Shown: positions 50,799 to 64,000 of the stretch, in pieces
Numbering within the stretch: position 1 is the stretch's first letter
How the letters are laid out: each line of letters begins with the position of its first letter
Assembly: GCF_004010195.1 (NCBI RefSeq)
Contig: NC_057728.1
Span: forward strand, 45,778,229-45,842,228
Reading direction: 5' to 3'
Origin: Chiloscyllium plagiosum
Taxonomy: Eukaryota
DNA: 64,000 nt
Notes under the pieces: generated by a model
Told to the model about the DNA's origin: nothing
What the model saw: only the letters and a program-made list of their open reading frames with translations
Database searches by the model: none
Program-made: the position numbers and the translations under genes

Positions 50799-51544
50799 CA
50801 CAGATGTATACCATTTGCCTGACTTTTTTTTCACATCCTTCAACTTTTAATAGAAACAATAAATTGTTATAGAAACTCAGCATGTCAGGCAGCATCTGTG
50901 GGGAGGAGACAGAGTTAATGTTTTGAGTCCAGAGGCCTTTCATCAGACCTCAATTCCTTAGGTGTACAATAACTCTCTCAATCTCAATCTTAAATACGTC
51001 CAATGACTGTCATATCCACAGTTGTTGGAGTTGAGAATTCCAAAGCTTCATGACCATCTTAATGAAGATATCTCTTCATGATTTCATCCAATATGCTCGA
51101 TGTTTTATTTGAAGACTCTAACTCTAGTTTATAGTTTCTTAAACCAGAAGAAACCGTTTTCAGCATCTAATCAGTCAAGTCCCTGAGATCTTCTTTTAGT
51201 CTATATTCTCTAATATTTTGAAGAATATGTATGCTTATTCCCAACTATTGCAAAATTCATGAGCTTTACAAAATTATTTGAGTTATTATAATTCTTCCCA
51301 AAAATGTACATAAACCTGAAATCTCAAATTACATTTGATTAGATTGCTGTGAAGTGAGTGCCTTTTTTGTATTCATTTGTGGGATATGGGTGCTACTGGC
51401 TGAGCCAGCATTTATTACCCATCCCTTATTGTCCTTGAGAAGGTGCTGTTGAGCTGCCTTCTTGAATCGCTGCAATCCATCTGCTATGGGTTGACCACAA
51501 TGTTCTTAGGGAGGGAAATCCAGGATTTCAGAAATCCTGGATCC

Positions 51545-54500
51545 AGAAATAAAGAGAGAGAAGATTAGATATAAGGTAAGCTAGCCAGTAATATAAAGGA
51601 AGATTGTAAAGGTTTTTTAGATATATAAAGTGTAAAAAAGAGGCAGACGCGGACATTGGGCTGCCGAAACATGAGGCTGGAGAGATAATAGTGGGGAACA
51701 AGGAAATGGCTGAGGAACTGAATAATTACTTTACGTCAGTCTTCATGGTGGAAGACACAAATAATATGCCAATAATTCAAGAGAGTGAGGGGGCAGAGCT
51801 AAGTATGGTCGCCATCAAGGAGAAGTTGCTAGAAAAACTGAATGGCCTAAAGATGGATAAATCACCTAGACCAGATGGACTACACCCCAGAATTCTAAGG
51901 GAGAAAGCTGAAGGGGCGTTAGTGGTGATCTTTCAGGAATCGCTGGAGTCATGGAAGGTCACAGAGGACTTGAAAATCGCTAACGTGACACCTCACTTTA
52001 AAAAGGAGTATGGCAAAAAACTGAAAATTATAGACCAATTAGCCAAACCTCGGTCATGGGTAAGATCCTGGAATCCATTGTGAAGGATGAAATTTCTGAA
52101 TACTTGGTGAAATAGGGCAAAGTCAGCATGGTTTAATCAAGGAGAGGTCATGTCTGACAAATCTGCTAGAATTCCTTGAGAGATTAACAAACAGATTAGA
52201 CTTGGGAGAGCCAAAGGATGTTATCTACCTGGACTTCCAGCAGGCCTTTGACAAGGTGCTGCACAGGAGGCTGCTGAGTAATATAAGGGCCCATGGTGTT
52301 AGAGGCAAGGTGCTAGCATGGATAGAAGCTTGGCTGTCTAGCAGAAAACAGAGAGTGGAGATAAAAGGTTCTTTCTCAGGGTGGCAGCCAGTGACAGGTG
52401 GTGTTCCAAAAGTCTCAGTGTTGGGACCACGACATTTCACTCTATACATTAATGATCTAGATGAAGGAACTGAGGGCATTGTGATTAGGTTTGCAGATGA
52501 TACAAAGATAGGTAGAGGGACAGGTGGCATTGAGGAGGCAGGGAGGCTGAAGAAGGATTTGTACAGGTTAGGAGTGTGGGCAAAGAAGTGGCAGATTGAG
52601 TACACCATGGAAAAGTGTGAGGTCATGCATGTTGGTAGGAAGAGTACAGGCATGGACTATTTTCTAAATGGGGAAAAAATTCAGAAGTCTGATGTTCAAA
52701 GAGACCTGGGTGTTCTAGTCCAGGATTCACTCAAGGTTAACTTGCAGCTTGAGTCAGTAGTTAGGAAGGCAAATGCAACAATGACATTTATTTTGAGAGG
52801 ACCTGAATATAAAAGCAGGAATGTACTTCTGAGAGTCCATAAGGCTTTGGTCTGACCACATTTGGAGTATTGTGCACAGTTTTGAGCCCCATATTTCAGG
52901 AAGGGTGTATTGGCTCTGGAGTGTGTCTCTGGAGGTTCACGAGAATGGACCCAGGAATGAAAAGCTTAACATATGAGGAACATTTGAAAACTCTGGGTCC
53001 ATACCTCTGCACAATATTTGCAATCCCCCAGTCCTCTGGTACTAAACCTGTAGACAATGATGACTCAAATATCAAGGCCAAAAGCTCTACCATCTCCTCT
53101 CTAGCTTCCCAGAGAATCCTCGGATAAATCCCATCCGGCTCAGGGGACTTGTCTACTTTCACTCCTTCTAGAATTGATAACACCTCTTGCTTACTAACCT
53201 CGATCCTTTCTAGCCTAAATACCGTATCTCATTTTCTCCTCTACAATATTCTCCTTTTCCTGAGTGAAAACAGATGAGAAATATTCATTTAGCACCTCTC
53301 CAATCTCCACAAGGCCTACATACAACTTCCTACTTCTGTCTTTGACAGGCCCTATTCCTAACCTAGTCATCCTTCTATTCTTCACATACCTATAGAAAGC
53401 TTTATGGTTCTCCTTTATTCTACCTGCAAAAGACTGCTCATGTCCTCTCCTTGGTCTTCTTAACTCTCTCTTTAAATCCTTCCTAGCTAATCTGTAACTC
53501 CCTATCGCCTCATCTGAAACATGTTGTCTCAACATCACATAAGCCTCCTTCTTCTGCTAATGTTTACCTTATCACTTCTGCCATGCCTGACAGGGACATA
53601 CCTGTCAAGGACACACAATATCTGTTCCTTAAATCAGCTCCACATTTCCATTCCTGAAGAAGGGCTTATGCCCGAAACGTCGATTCTCCTGTTCCTTGGA
53701 TGCTGCCTGACCTGCTGCGCTTTTCCAGCAACACATTTTCAGCTCTGATCTCCAGCATCGGCAGCCCTCACTTTCTCCTCCACATTTCCATTGTCCTGCA
53801 TTTTGCTATCCCATTCTATGCATCCTAAGTCTTGCCTAATCGCACTATAATTGCCCTTCCCCATCTATAACTCTTGCCCTGTGGCATGTACCTATCCCTT
53901 TCCATCGCTAAACTAAACGTAACCGAAATATGGCCACTATGTCCAAAGTGCTCACCTACCACTAAGTCAAACACCCGGCCTGATTCATTACCAAGCACCA
54001 GATCCAGTGTGGCCTCCCCTCTTGTTGGCCCTTCGACATACTGTATCAGGAGACTCTCCTGTACACACTGGACAAAAACTGATCCATCCGATGTACTAGA
54101 GTTATGGCATTTCCAGGCAATGTTGGGGAAGTTAAAGCGCCCATAATGACCACCCTGTTCGTTTCACTCCTACACAGAATCGATTTTTTGCTGATCCTCT
54201 CCTCCACATCCCTGGAACTCTGCGGATGCCTATAAAAAACTCCCAGCAGTGTGACCTCTCCTCTCCTGTTTCTAACCTCAGCCCGTATCACCTCAGTAGA
54301 TGAGTCCTTGTCAAAAGTTCTTTCAGCCACCGTTATACTGTCCTTGACTAACAAGACCACACCTCCCCATCTTTTACCGCCTTCCTGTTCTTAATGAAAA
54401 ATCTAACCCTGAAACCTGGAACATCCAATCCTGATGCTGCTCTATCCATGTCTCTGAAATGGCCACAACATCGAAGTCCCAGGTACCTATCCATGCTGCA

Positions 54501-54927
54501 AGCTCAGCTACCTTATTTCGGATACTTCTTGCATTGAAGTAAACACACTTCAAACCAACTTGCTGTCTGCCAGAACACTCCTGTGACCGTGAAATCCTGT
54601 CCATGCCCTCACTACTCACATCCTCCATTATTTCCAATGGTACGGGAGACTAAGACCTGAGGGCACAGGCTTAGACTAAAAGGAAGACCTTTTAGAACAG
54701 GGATAAGGAGAAAATTCTTCAGCCACAGAAGGCTGTGGAGGCCAGGTAATTGAATACATTTAAGACTGAGATCAATAGGTTCTTGATTGTCAAGGAGATC
54801 AAAGGTTATGGAGAGAAAGCTGGAGAATAGGGTTGAAAACTTATCAGCCATGATTGAATGGCAGAGCAGACTTGATGGGCTCAATGGCTTAATTTCTGCT
54901 GCTATGTCTAGGGTCTTATGGTCTTAG
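51545..54927 (+). mobile_element. CR1 family B, interrupted at ~53004-54628
   Basis: YLDFQQAFDKVLHRRLL, RFADDTKIG; the 3' end resumes at ~54629 and matches 6810-7130. Confidence 0.85.
53004..54628 (-). mobile_element. Inverted internal CR1 fragment (endonuclease to pre-RT) containing a Penelope tail at ~53653-53777
   Basis: LKCVYFNARSIRNK, VAISETW, VPEDWGIANIV; the Penelope tail has TSD ctccacatttccatt. Confidence 0.85.
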
Positions 54928-56164
54928 GATTTTGAATTAGTAATTCCCAGCTGTTACTATATGTAAAATTAAGTATCCATTCAGTACTTAAGCACTATCC
55001 AAATTAAATGAAGTAAGCAAGTAAATGTAATGTTTCAAATAAATCGACATCAAGAAAGACAATCATATGACTATAACTTGCACATGGTTAGGAGTTAGCC
55101 AATTTGACTGTGAATGGTTCTTATATATTGGGAAATAATTTGCTGTATTGACAAATTGAACAAACAATGTGCTGTATTTCTGATGCACTTAGTAATACTG
55201 CAAGCAAGTAATCTATTCTGCCCTTTAATTGTCATCAAATATTGAATCATATTTGAGAAGAAATAAATGCACAGGATATCTGCTCAGAAGCAGTGGAGTT
55301 TGTTTGTTGGGTTTAGAGAAGACATGCATAGGTCCCAAAGAGACGATGTAGGTGCAGGAGGCAAATAGGAGAAAATCATTAAGTTTCAGGACTTGGAGGT
55401 CTAGCTGAACTTAATGATAGCTCTTCCTATCTTAACGAGTCCCTTGCCCCTCCAACCTGCCAGCAGACAGGGTACACGACAATCAGGATAGAAACCTTTC
55501 TTTATCTACCATGGGCAGATGAACATATAAATTGTTCTCATCACATGACAAATGCATACACACATACAAATATCTCTAACAACACTAACAACATTCACAT
55601 TTTTCGTAAAACCAGTTCAAAACAAAGATCATTAGAAAAGAAAAGGCCTGTATGTTTGTGTCACGCCATTTTCACCTTGCTAGAATTCTAGAATCCTGGC
55701 ATGTTGACTGAAAAAACATTCAGGACTATTAAATTAAAGTAAAACTTCATTCAACAGTGTTAAATAGTTGAACAGGTTATTTAAAATGATGCAACAGGTG
55801 TGAAAATCCTTGTCAACATATCTGTCTAAATTAAAGGTTAGACTTCAGTGTGAAGTTAATTATTGAAAACAAGCTGCAGAATTTTAGCAGCAAGAGATTT
55901 CATGCCAGCAAATAAGATAGAATTTATACATTGTATCCATTTGAGAATTTGTGATTATAAAAAGCAAGCCATCTATTGGCACGAGGCTGCATTACTTATA
56001 ATGATAACAGTAAGGAGAGAATGAACAACACAAGAGAAATCATCAGTAATTCATTTACTGCTGTACACCACCATCTGTCTTCATTCCATGAATATTGGTC
56101 ATGCATTATGAATTTCACATCCAGATGTAAATTTTATATGCATTAAACTTGATATGCACATGTT

Positions 56165-57580
56165 TTGCACTGGTTAACAAGATTAGGTCACATGGAATAC
56201 AGGGAGAATTAGCCATTTGGATACAGAACTGGCTCGATGCTAGGACACAGAGGGTAATGATGGAGGGTTGCTTTTCAGACTGGAGGCCTATGATCCATGG
56301 TGTGCCACAAGGATCGGTACTGATTCCACTGATTTTTCTCAATTATATAAATGATTTGCTTGTGAATGTAGAAGGTATGGTTAATAAATTTGCAGATGAT
56401 ACCAAAACTAGTGGTGTAGTGTACAGTAAAGAAGGCTATCTCAGAGTACTGCGGGATCTTTGTGGGCGGCACGGTGGCACAGTGGTTAGCACTGCTGCCT
56501 CACAGCGCCAGAGACCCGGGTTCAATTCCCGCCTCAGGCGACTGACTGTGTGGAGTTTGCACGTTCTCCCCGTGTCTGCGTGGGTTTCCTCCGGGTGCTC
56601 CGGTTTCCTCCCACAGTCCAAAAGATGTGCAGGTCAGGTGAATTGGCCATGCTGAATTGCCCGTAGTGTTAGGTAAGGGGTAAATGTAGGGGTATGGGTG
56701 GGTTGCGCTTCAGCGGGGCGGTGTGAACTTGTTGGGCCGAAGGGCCTGTTTCCACACTGAATGTAATCTAATCTTGATCAGATGGACCGAGCGAGGAGTG
56801 GCAGATGGAGTTTAATTTAGATAAATGTGAGGTGCTGCATTTTGGAAAGGCAAATCAGGACAGGACTTATAATGGTAAGGTCCTGGGAGTATTGCTGAAG
56901 AAAGAGACATTGGAGTACAGGTTCATAGCTCCTTGAAAGTGTAGTCACAGGTAGACAGGATAGTGAAGAAGGCATTTGGCCAGCCTTTATTGGTCAGTGC
57001 ATTGAGTACAGGAGTTAGGAGTACAGTGTGGAGTACAGGACATTGGTTAGGCCTCTTTTAGGATACTGTGTTCAATTCTAGTCTCTCTGCTATAGGAAAT
57101 ATGCTGTGATACTTGAAGGAGTTCAGAAACGTTTTACAAAAATGTTGCCAGGGTTGGAGGGTTTGAGCAGGGCAGAGGGTGAATAGGCTGCAGTGATTTT
57201 CCCCAGACCATCTGGGAATTGACCTTATTGAAGTTTATAAAATCATGAGGGGCATGGATAGAGTAAATAGTCAAGATCTTTTTTACAAGGTAGGGGAGCC
57301 CAAAACTTGAAGACATAGCTTTAAGTTGAGAGAGAAAGACTGAAAAGGGATCTAAGGGGCAACACACAGAGCGTGGTGCGTGTATGGAATGAGCTGTCAG
57401 AAGTGGTGGAGGGTGGTACAAATACAGCATTAAAAAGGCATCTGGTTGGGTATATGAATAGGAAGGGTTGAGAGGAATATGATCCAAATATTGGCAAATA
57501 AGACTAGATTAATTTTGGATATCTGGTTGGCAGTTAGACCGAAGGGTGTGTTTCCGTGCTGTACACCTCTATGACTCTAG
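56165..57580 (+). mobile_element. CR1 family A 3' half
   Basis: GVPQGSVLIPLIF, KFADDTK; 3' tail. Confidence 0.85.
56461..56771 (+). mobile_element. HE1-like V-SINE inserted in CR1
   Basis: Intact A and B boxes; atctt duplicated on both sides. Confidence 0.9.
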
Positions 57581-57667
57581 GAGTCTAGGTGGTGGCAACT
57601 TCAGTAGTGTTGCATCCAATGGAACAATTTCACTCTCTGTTCTTGCACTGGTATTTTAAAAGGAATT

Positions 57668-57887
57668 GAAAAATGTGGTGCCGGAAAAACACAGCAGGCC
57701 AGGCAGCATCCGAGGAGCAGGAGAATCAACGTTTCGGACATAAGCCCTTCTTCAGGATTCCTGAAGAAAGGCTTATGCCCAAAACGTTGATTCTCCTGCT
57801 CCTCGGATGCTGCCTGGCCTGCTGTGTTTTTCCAGCACCACATTTTTCAACTCTGGTACTCCAGCATCTGCAGTCCTCACTTTCTCC
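57668..57887. mobile_element. Near-perfect palindromic Penelope-derived mini-element
   Basis: ~90-bp arms centred at ~57757; TSD tattttaaaaggaat. Confidence 0.8.
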
Positions 57888-58627
57888 TATTTTAAAAGGA
57901 ATGCCAATCACAATTTACCCACCTCCTCTTTGAACTTTAAACTCCAGGGGTGGGACTTTGTCAATCATGTGCTATTCCTGATGTAACTAAAGCCATCTCT
58001 GTTGTCTCTCTCCCTCGCGCTCTCTCGCTCTTTCCATTAACATAAGGCTTGAGAGGACGAAGATGGCATGGGTGTTTTACAAAATCAAATTTCACCTTGT
58101 GAACGTTTCACATTATATTAGTTTCACCTTATTTATTATGTCATCCTCATCGTTTGTTGAGACTAACATTGTCAGAGAGCTAAATGTACAGGCATCGCCA
58201 TGGCGGGAATGCACTGATGATTACAGGGGAGTTCGGGACTTTTCAGCTATTGGGAAGACACAGTCGGTAAAACAATCCAATTCTGTATTGATAGTTTGCT
58301 GAAAAACTTGATGAGATACTTACATTGACCCTTCTGAGCAAGATTCACTGTATTTTCCTCCAGTCAGGTGGTTTGAAAGCAGCATGGGTTTTCCTGATAC
58401 CATTGTTCCCAGAATCGAGATTTTGCTGAGTGATAACTGCTGGCTAATCTGACAGTCTTTGTAACTGGTAATGCTGCTGAGAAAGCCGTGGCTGCTCCCA
58501 GTAGGACAAACAAGATGATAGCTTTTTTGTGGGTTGCGGGGGCGGAGCAGAGACAGAGACAGAGACAGTGAGACAGGGCAATCAAAAGAGGTGACTCACA
58601 GAGTCCACCCACCTCTACACAAATTAG

Positions 58628-59262
58628 GCATTTGGTATGCTTGCCTTCATTCGTCAGTGCATTGAGTACAGGGGTTGGGAGGTAATGTTGTGGCTGTACA
58701 GGACATTAGTTTGGCCAATTGTGGATTATTGCATTCAATTCTTGTCTCCCTCCTATAGGAAGGGTGTTATGAAACTTGAAAGGGTTCAGAACAGATTTGT
58801 GAGCATGTTGCCGGGGTTGGAGGGTTTGAGCTTTAGGGAGAAACTGAATAGCTAGGGCTATTTTCCCTGGAGCTTTGGAGGCTAAGGGGTGACTTTATGG
58901 AGATTTATAAAATCATGAGGGGCACAGATAGGGTAAATAGACAAGGTCTTTTCCCTGGGATGAGGGAAATACAAAACTAGAGGGCATAGGTTTAAGGTGA
59001 GAGGGAAAATATACAAAAGTGACATAAGGGGCAATTTTTCACCAGAGGGTGGTGGGTGTATGGACTGAACTGCTAGAGGAAGTGATGTAAGTGGGTGTGA
59101 TTTACAACATTTAAAAGCATATTTGAATAGGAAGGGTTTAAAAGGGATATTGGCCAAATGCTGGCAAATGGGACTGATTTATGTAAGATATGTGGTTGGC
59201 ATGGATGAATTGGACTGAAGGGTCTGTTTCTGTGCTGTACATCTCTACGAATGTATGACTCC
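58628..59262 (+). mobile_element. CR1 3' fragment
   Basis: LYRTLVWPIVDYCIQF..KLERVQNRF. Confidence 0.85.
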
Positions 59263-60877
59263 AGTGTAGATATAGGCACCATCCCCATAACTGACAACCT
59301 GCAGACTAGTCAGGTGTGCTAACTCTGTTTCTCGTCTACCTTGAAGATGAGAAAATTGAGGGAATAGGTGGGAATATGCCTTTAATTGTCTAATTGATCA
59401 CTTTCAGGCCTCACATGGTGCCAAGACAGAAAGGTGAAACTTTGGCCTCCTCCCAATAACCCCACCTTCAACAATAATTTTGGAGGTGGAAAGGGGGTGG
59501 GATTCTAGTATGCAACCACCCAATCTAATTAAGTAGCTTTCCCGACTACCAACCGGGAACATTCCAGTCAATGCTTTTTTCCACTCATACCACAGCCACA
59601 TCATCAGACTATTCCCAATCCACTTATCCGATTTCGTTATACCCTTCTCCCACTTCTCTTTTGTACCCTTGACTCAAATCCATAAAGCTCCTCATTGATA
59701 ACTTACTGTTGCTGGTCCTATGCCTCAGTTCCATTTTCCTGCTCTTCTGCCTTGTGCTGTAAATGTCAAAGAGAATGTGTAAATCATGCCAATGCAACTG
59801 ATGATGCTCCTCTGACATCTGTGCAGCAGAGCCGAACAGAAGTGAACTTAAGTTGGACCAGAGAGAAGTATAGAAAAGATGACTTAGATACTGCACTGGA
59901 GAGCTGTATTGAGTAAAAGAAGAGAATGAGAGAATGTTATTCTAGGATAATGATGAACTATGAATGCTGGAGATCAATAAGAGTTGTCACCTCGAGAAAA
60001 AGGGTCAGCTTCTTAGAGTAGCCTAACAACTCCCAGAGATTTATTGAAGTGGGATCAAAGAATGATAACAGCTTGCTCTCCACAGATGCTGCCAGACCTT
60101 TTGACTTTCTCCAGCAGTTAGTTTTCGTTTCAGTTTTCCAGCATTCACAGTTTTTTTGTTTTACATTAATACGAGAGTAGTGTTTGCATAAAGCATACTG
60201 CAACAGAGGAAAACAAGGCTGAACCAACAAATGCATAAAGCTAACTTCTACATGTCATGTTGTATTGATTGTTAACCAATGACCATCAGATATTGATGCT
60301 CCATTCACTTTTGTTCTCTGAGAATGGGGTTTCATTGCTGGCAAATGTACTAAAAGTATGAACACTCCACAGGCCGGTGTCATGATCAACACACTGCAAA
60401 CACACTCCTGACTTTATCCCAGGAAATTGAATTTTTGCATCCTGTCTAATTGAATCACCCGACATGCCATGCTTCCTGATCTCGTGGACTCCATAAGTTC
60501 CACCCCCCACCAACAAGTCTTGTTTTAACAGTTATAAAAATTTATCCAAGCAGCTACACATTGACTCAGATCTAATGTAAAGAAAAGATGCAAAGCATGG
60601 ACCTGAATTTGGAAATGAAAATGACAAGGCAGCTGAGGGGCATATTAAATTCTATTGCGTTCCAATATATTCCAATTCACACTGCATAAAGAATTCACAA
60701 GGAAGCAGGTTAATGGCATAACCGTGTTAGGAAAAGGGAATGCATTTGTTCGAACTCATGCATTCTATTGTTGAAGTCCTGACATTTCACACTGTCTTGT
60801 TCCATTATTTCATTCCTCACACCTCCACAGATTCCAGCTGTATCTAATGTTTAATTTTCATTGTCACAGACGAAGTT

Positions 60878-61204
60878 AAACATAGAACATAGAACATAGA
60901 AGAATACAGCGCAGTACAGGCCCTTCGGCCCACGATGTTGCGCCGATCCAAGCCCACCTAACCTACACTAGCCCACTATCCTCCATATGCCTATCCAATG
61001 CCCGCTTAAATGCCCATAATGAGGGAGAGTCCACCACTGCTACTAGCAGGGCATTCCATGAACTCACGATCTTTCTACCATACCAGGCTGCATCCTGGTA
61101 AACCTCCTCTGCACCCGTTCCAGTGCCTCCACATCCTTCCTATAGTATGGCGACCAAAACTGCACACAATATTCCAGATGTGGCCGCACCAGAGTCTTAT
61201 ACAT
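60878..61204 (-). mobile_element. CR1-type 3' fragment of another family, internally deleted
   Basis: (aacatag)n tail; minus-strand LVRPHLEYCVQFWSP-like sequence. Confidence 0.75.
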
Positions 61205-62245
61205 GATTTAGTGTAAATTTAAATTATGATTGCTTTTCCCCTCTTAAGCCCAAACAGCAGCATATTATTGGATTTACACCTTACCCTTTTCACTCCCATC
61301 TCTTACTGAGATAGGCTGAAGCATATTCCCTGAACCCTAGTTATTGAATTTCAATTTTTGGAATAATCCCAGATCAAAATTCATTAAGGTGAAATCAAAG
61401 AGAAGGTCTATGAACACAGAATTCAAATTGCAGGAAGATGGCCTTGTTAAACCATAGGTACACACAAGCACTCAGGAAATTAAGGGGGTCAGGGGAGGAT
61501 ATAGGTTATAAATGTTAAATTTTGGGAAATCCAGAAGTATTAAAAATCAATTCACAACAGTTGCAATTGTCCAGATATCAGTGCCTACTAATAGATTCCT
61601 TGGTGTGCTGGGCCCAGTAATTTTTCTTCAGGTAGGCAAAGTATGGATTCCTTCCAGCCAGCAACTTGGACACTGGGGGTCCAAGGTAGACTGCCAACTC
61701 AGCCTGGAGAAAACAATAATGACATTATTTAAGCAATTCAACTTGTTTAGATTTCAGTCATGTGACAAAGACACACATTTCAGCTGCTGATGACTCACCT
61801 CAGTGGTTTTACTGGAACTTTGTTAAGCTAAGTGCATAGCTTTATCTCTCCATTAGTGTTTCCATTGTGAGGTAACAAGTCAACAGTAAAAACATTAGCA
61901 CCCACTCGAGCATAATTACTTCACTTTTATTTTACTTTTTCAGGAGCTGGCTGGAGGAAGACAGTTCACTTTCAGACTTGTGTCAGCTTTAGCTGAACTA
62001 TTTATACAATACAGAGAGTTCAGAAGCTTCTGGAAATATAATCATGGGATCAATCAGGGCCTACTTATGAGCCAGGCAAGATTGTTAAATTTTAAACAAA
62101 CAGAATTCAAAGACAAAATGTATAGGAGGCAATACATTTTTTTAAAAAAGGTTTCTCCATGCCCTATGGTCATTACACTATTTACTTTTCTCTTTCCCCA
62201 TATCCATCTGGTTAATTTGTTATTGGCACTCACAACAAATCTGTA

Positions 62246-62385
62246 GCCGTGATGTGGAGGTGCTGGTGTCGGTCTGGGGTGGACAAAATTAAAGATCATA
62301 CAACACCAGGTTATAGTCCAACAGGTTTATTTGGAAGTACAAGCTTTCAGAGTGCTCCTCCTTCGTCACATAGCTAGTGCTGGAA
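62246..62385 (-). mobile_element. Short PLE-type tail, same family as 8590-8680
   Basis: caacaccaggttatagtccaacagg; flanking duplication aacaaatctgta. Confidence 0.55.
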
Positions 62386-63284
62386 ACAAATCTGTAATCA
62401 ATGTGTTTCAACTGTTCCATCTCTCACCCAGTGCACTGCATCTGTCAGATAAATACCCGATCTTCACTTGTTCCAAAGTTTATTTTTCCACCTCTTAGAG
62501 GGGAGGCTAAACATGACAAAAGGAAGGGACAAGAAATAATTCACCCAACAGATACAATGGATGAAGCACTTGAAGTAGATGGCACTGACTTAGAGGGACA
62601 TCCGGTGACAGAATGATGAATATTTCTGGCACATTTATGATGAATTTATTACATCAAAGATTGAAATCTGTATGGACAAAATATAGCAATTGTGAAGATT
62701 ACAACTTCACCATGACTAAATCACTACAATAAAGACATTTGGTTTCAACTTATTGGCTTCCTTAAATAGGAGGAACATAGCTTTACAATGCAGAATTGTC
62801 TTTTCTGCAACAAAAACAGAAATTGCTGGAGAAACTCAGCAGGTCTGGCAGCATCTGTGGAGAGAAGGTGGAGTCAACATTTCAAGCCCAGACAATCTTC
62901 ATCAACTGCTGCTGCTAACAGTTCTGATGAAGTGTGTCCAGACTCAAAACATTAACTCTGTTTTCTTCCCATACATGCTGCCAGACCTGCTGAGTTTCTC
63001 CAACAATTTATATTTCTGTTGCAGATTTCCAGCACTCTCAGTTGTTTATTTTGTTTCACTGACCTTGGCCAAGTGGTCAAATAAAGGTGAGGTTGGCATG
63101 GTATGGGAATGGTGGAGAACATGGCCATGGAAGTGTGTCCTCCCACAAAATCTCTTAACCATTACTCTCTCTAAAATTTGTCCTTCCAGTGCATTAATAT
63201 TAATTCAGATAATAGTTTTAATAAACTTGGAAAAGCTTCTATTTTACTTTGTAAGTGTCACAATTAGTGACCATGATTTTTGTT

Positions 63285-63592
63285 AGTGAGTTTTGAGAAG
63301 ATCTGTAGCTTAGGTTGAGGTTCTGGATGTAGGTTTGCTCGCTGAGCTGTGAGGTTCATTTCCAGATGTTTTGTCACCCTACTAGGTAACATCTTCAGTG
63401 GGCCTCAGGCTAAGCAGTGTACATGATTCCTGCTTTCTATTTATTTGTTTGGGTTTCTTTGGGTTGGTGATGTTATTTCCTGTGGTGGTGTCATTTCCTG
63501 TGGTGGTGTCATTTCCTGTTCTTTTTCTCAGGAATTGGTAGATGGGGTCTAACTCGATGTGTTTGTTGATAGAGTTCCGGTTGGAATGCCAT
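63285..63592 (-). mobile_element. Penelope-like 3' fragment of a further family
   Basis: Minus-strand hammerhead-like ctgaagatgttacctagtagggtgacaaaac. Confidence 0.5.
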
Positions 63593-64000
63593 TATTCTTG
63601 TGACTGCTGATGGGGCAAAAGTGTCCAATGGTCAGAGCAGCAAGACCTTGAATTTTAAAATTTTGGCAGCGCCTCACTGAGTGATAGATTATGGAGGTAT
63701 CAGAATTATGATTTTTCCTCCCACTAATGGATCAGTCTCCCACTGTGAAGTTACGTGAAGGACAGTGATCGATAGTTCTTCAAGTGTTGGAAAACCTTGA
63801 GGAGAAGGACAAAAAGCATTTCAACAGACAAGACATGAATATGAAACTCACAGAAAATAGAAATTGCTGGAGAAACTCAGCACGTGTGGCAGCATGTATG
63901 GAGAGAAAGCAGAGTTAATGTTTAAGTCCAGTGGCCCTTCTCCAGCACTGATAGCAGCTAGGGGTAAAAATGATATGTACACTGGTTGCAGGGCGGGGGA

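Noticed and set aside
56464..56540. tRNA gene
   Set aside because: It is the tRNA-derived head of a SINE and continues into the SINE body and tail
58120..58190. Possible minus-strand exon encoding MLVSTNDEDDIINK
   Set aside because: Too short, with no recognisable homology or partner exons
61944..62735. Possible host exons (acceptors before 61944 and 62499, AATAAA ~62728)
   Set aside because: No recognisable protein, only a GC donor, and the reading phases do not join

Overview
Repeat-rich vertebrate genomic DNA, inferred to be from a shark or other elasmobranch because it carries HE1-like V-SINEs, a DeuSINE-like element, several CR1 LINE families and hammerhead-bearing Penelope tails. Most of the window is decayed mobile DNA: CR1, L1, RTE, Rex1, Penelope, Gypsy (one with Gmr1-type domain order) and an ERV env plus 3' LTR. 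The only intact cellular ORF is an intronless ferritin heavy-chain retrocopy (2918-2385, minus strand). The most notable structure is at 997-3036. A small Gypsy-type solo LTR (5-bp TSD ATAAG) has grown to about 2 kb through about nine co-oriented, poly(A)-tailed cassettes. Each cassette sits between copies of a ~14-15 nt motif overlapping the LTR TATA box. The cassettes include three copies of a hairpin-tailed retro-element, a multi-hairpin ~155-nt unit and the ferritin mRNA. A related LTR at 40154-40620 carries the same hairpin element at the equivalent site, which points to a sequence-specific retrotransposition system that targets LTR promoters. All calls were made by eye with no database searches. 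Boundaries of decayed repeats are approximate.
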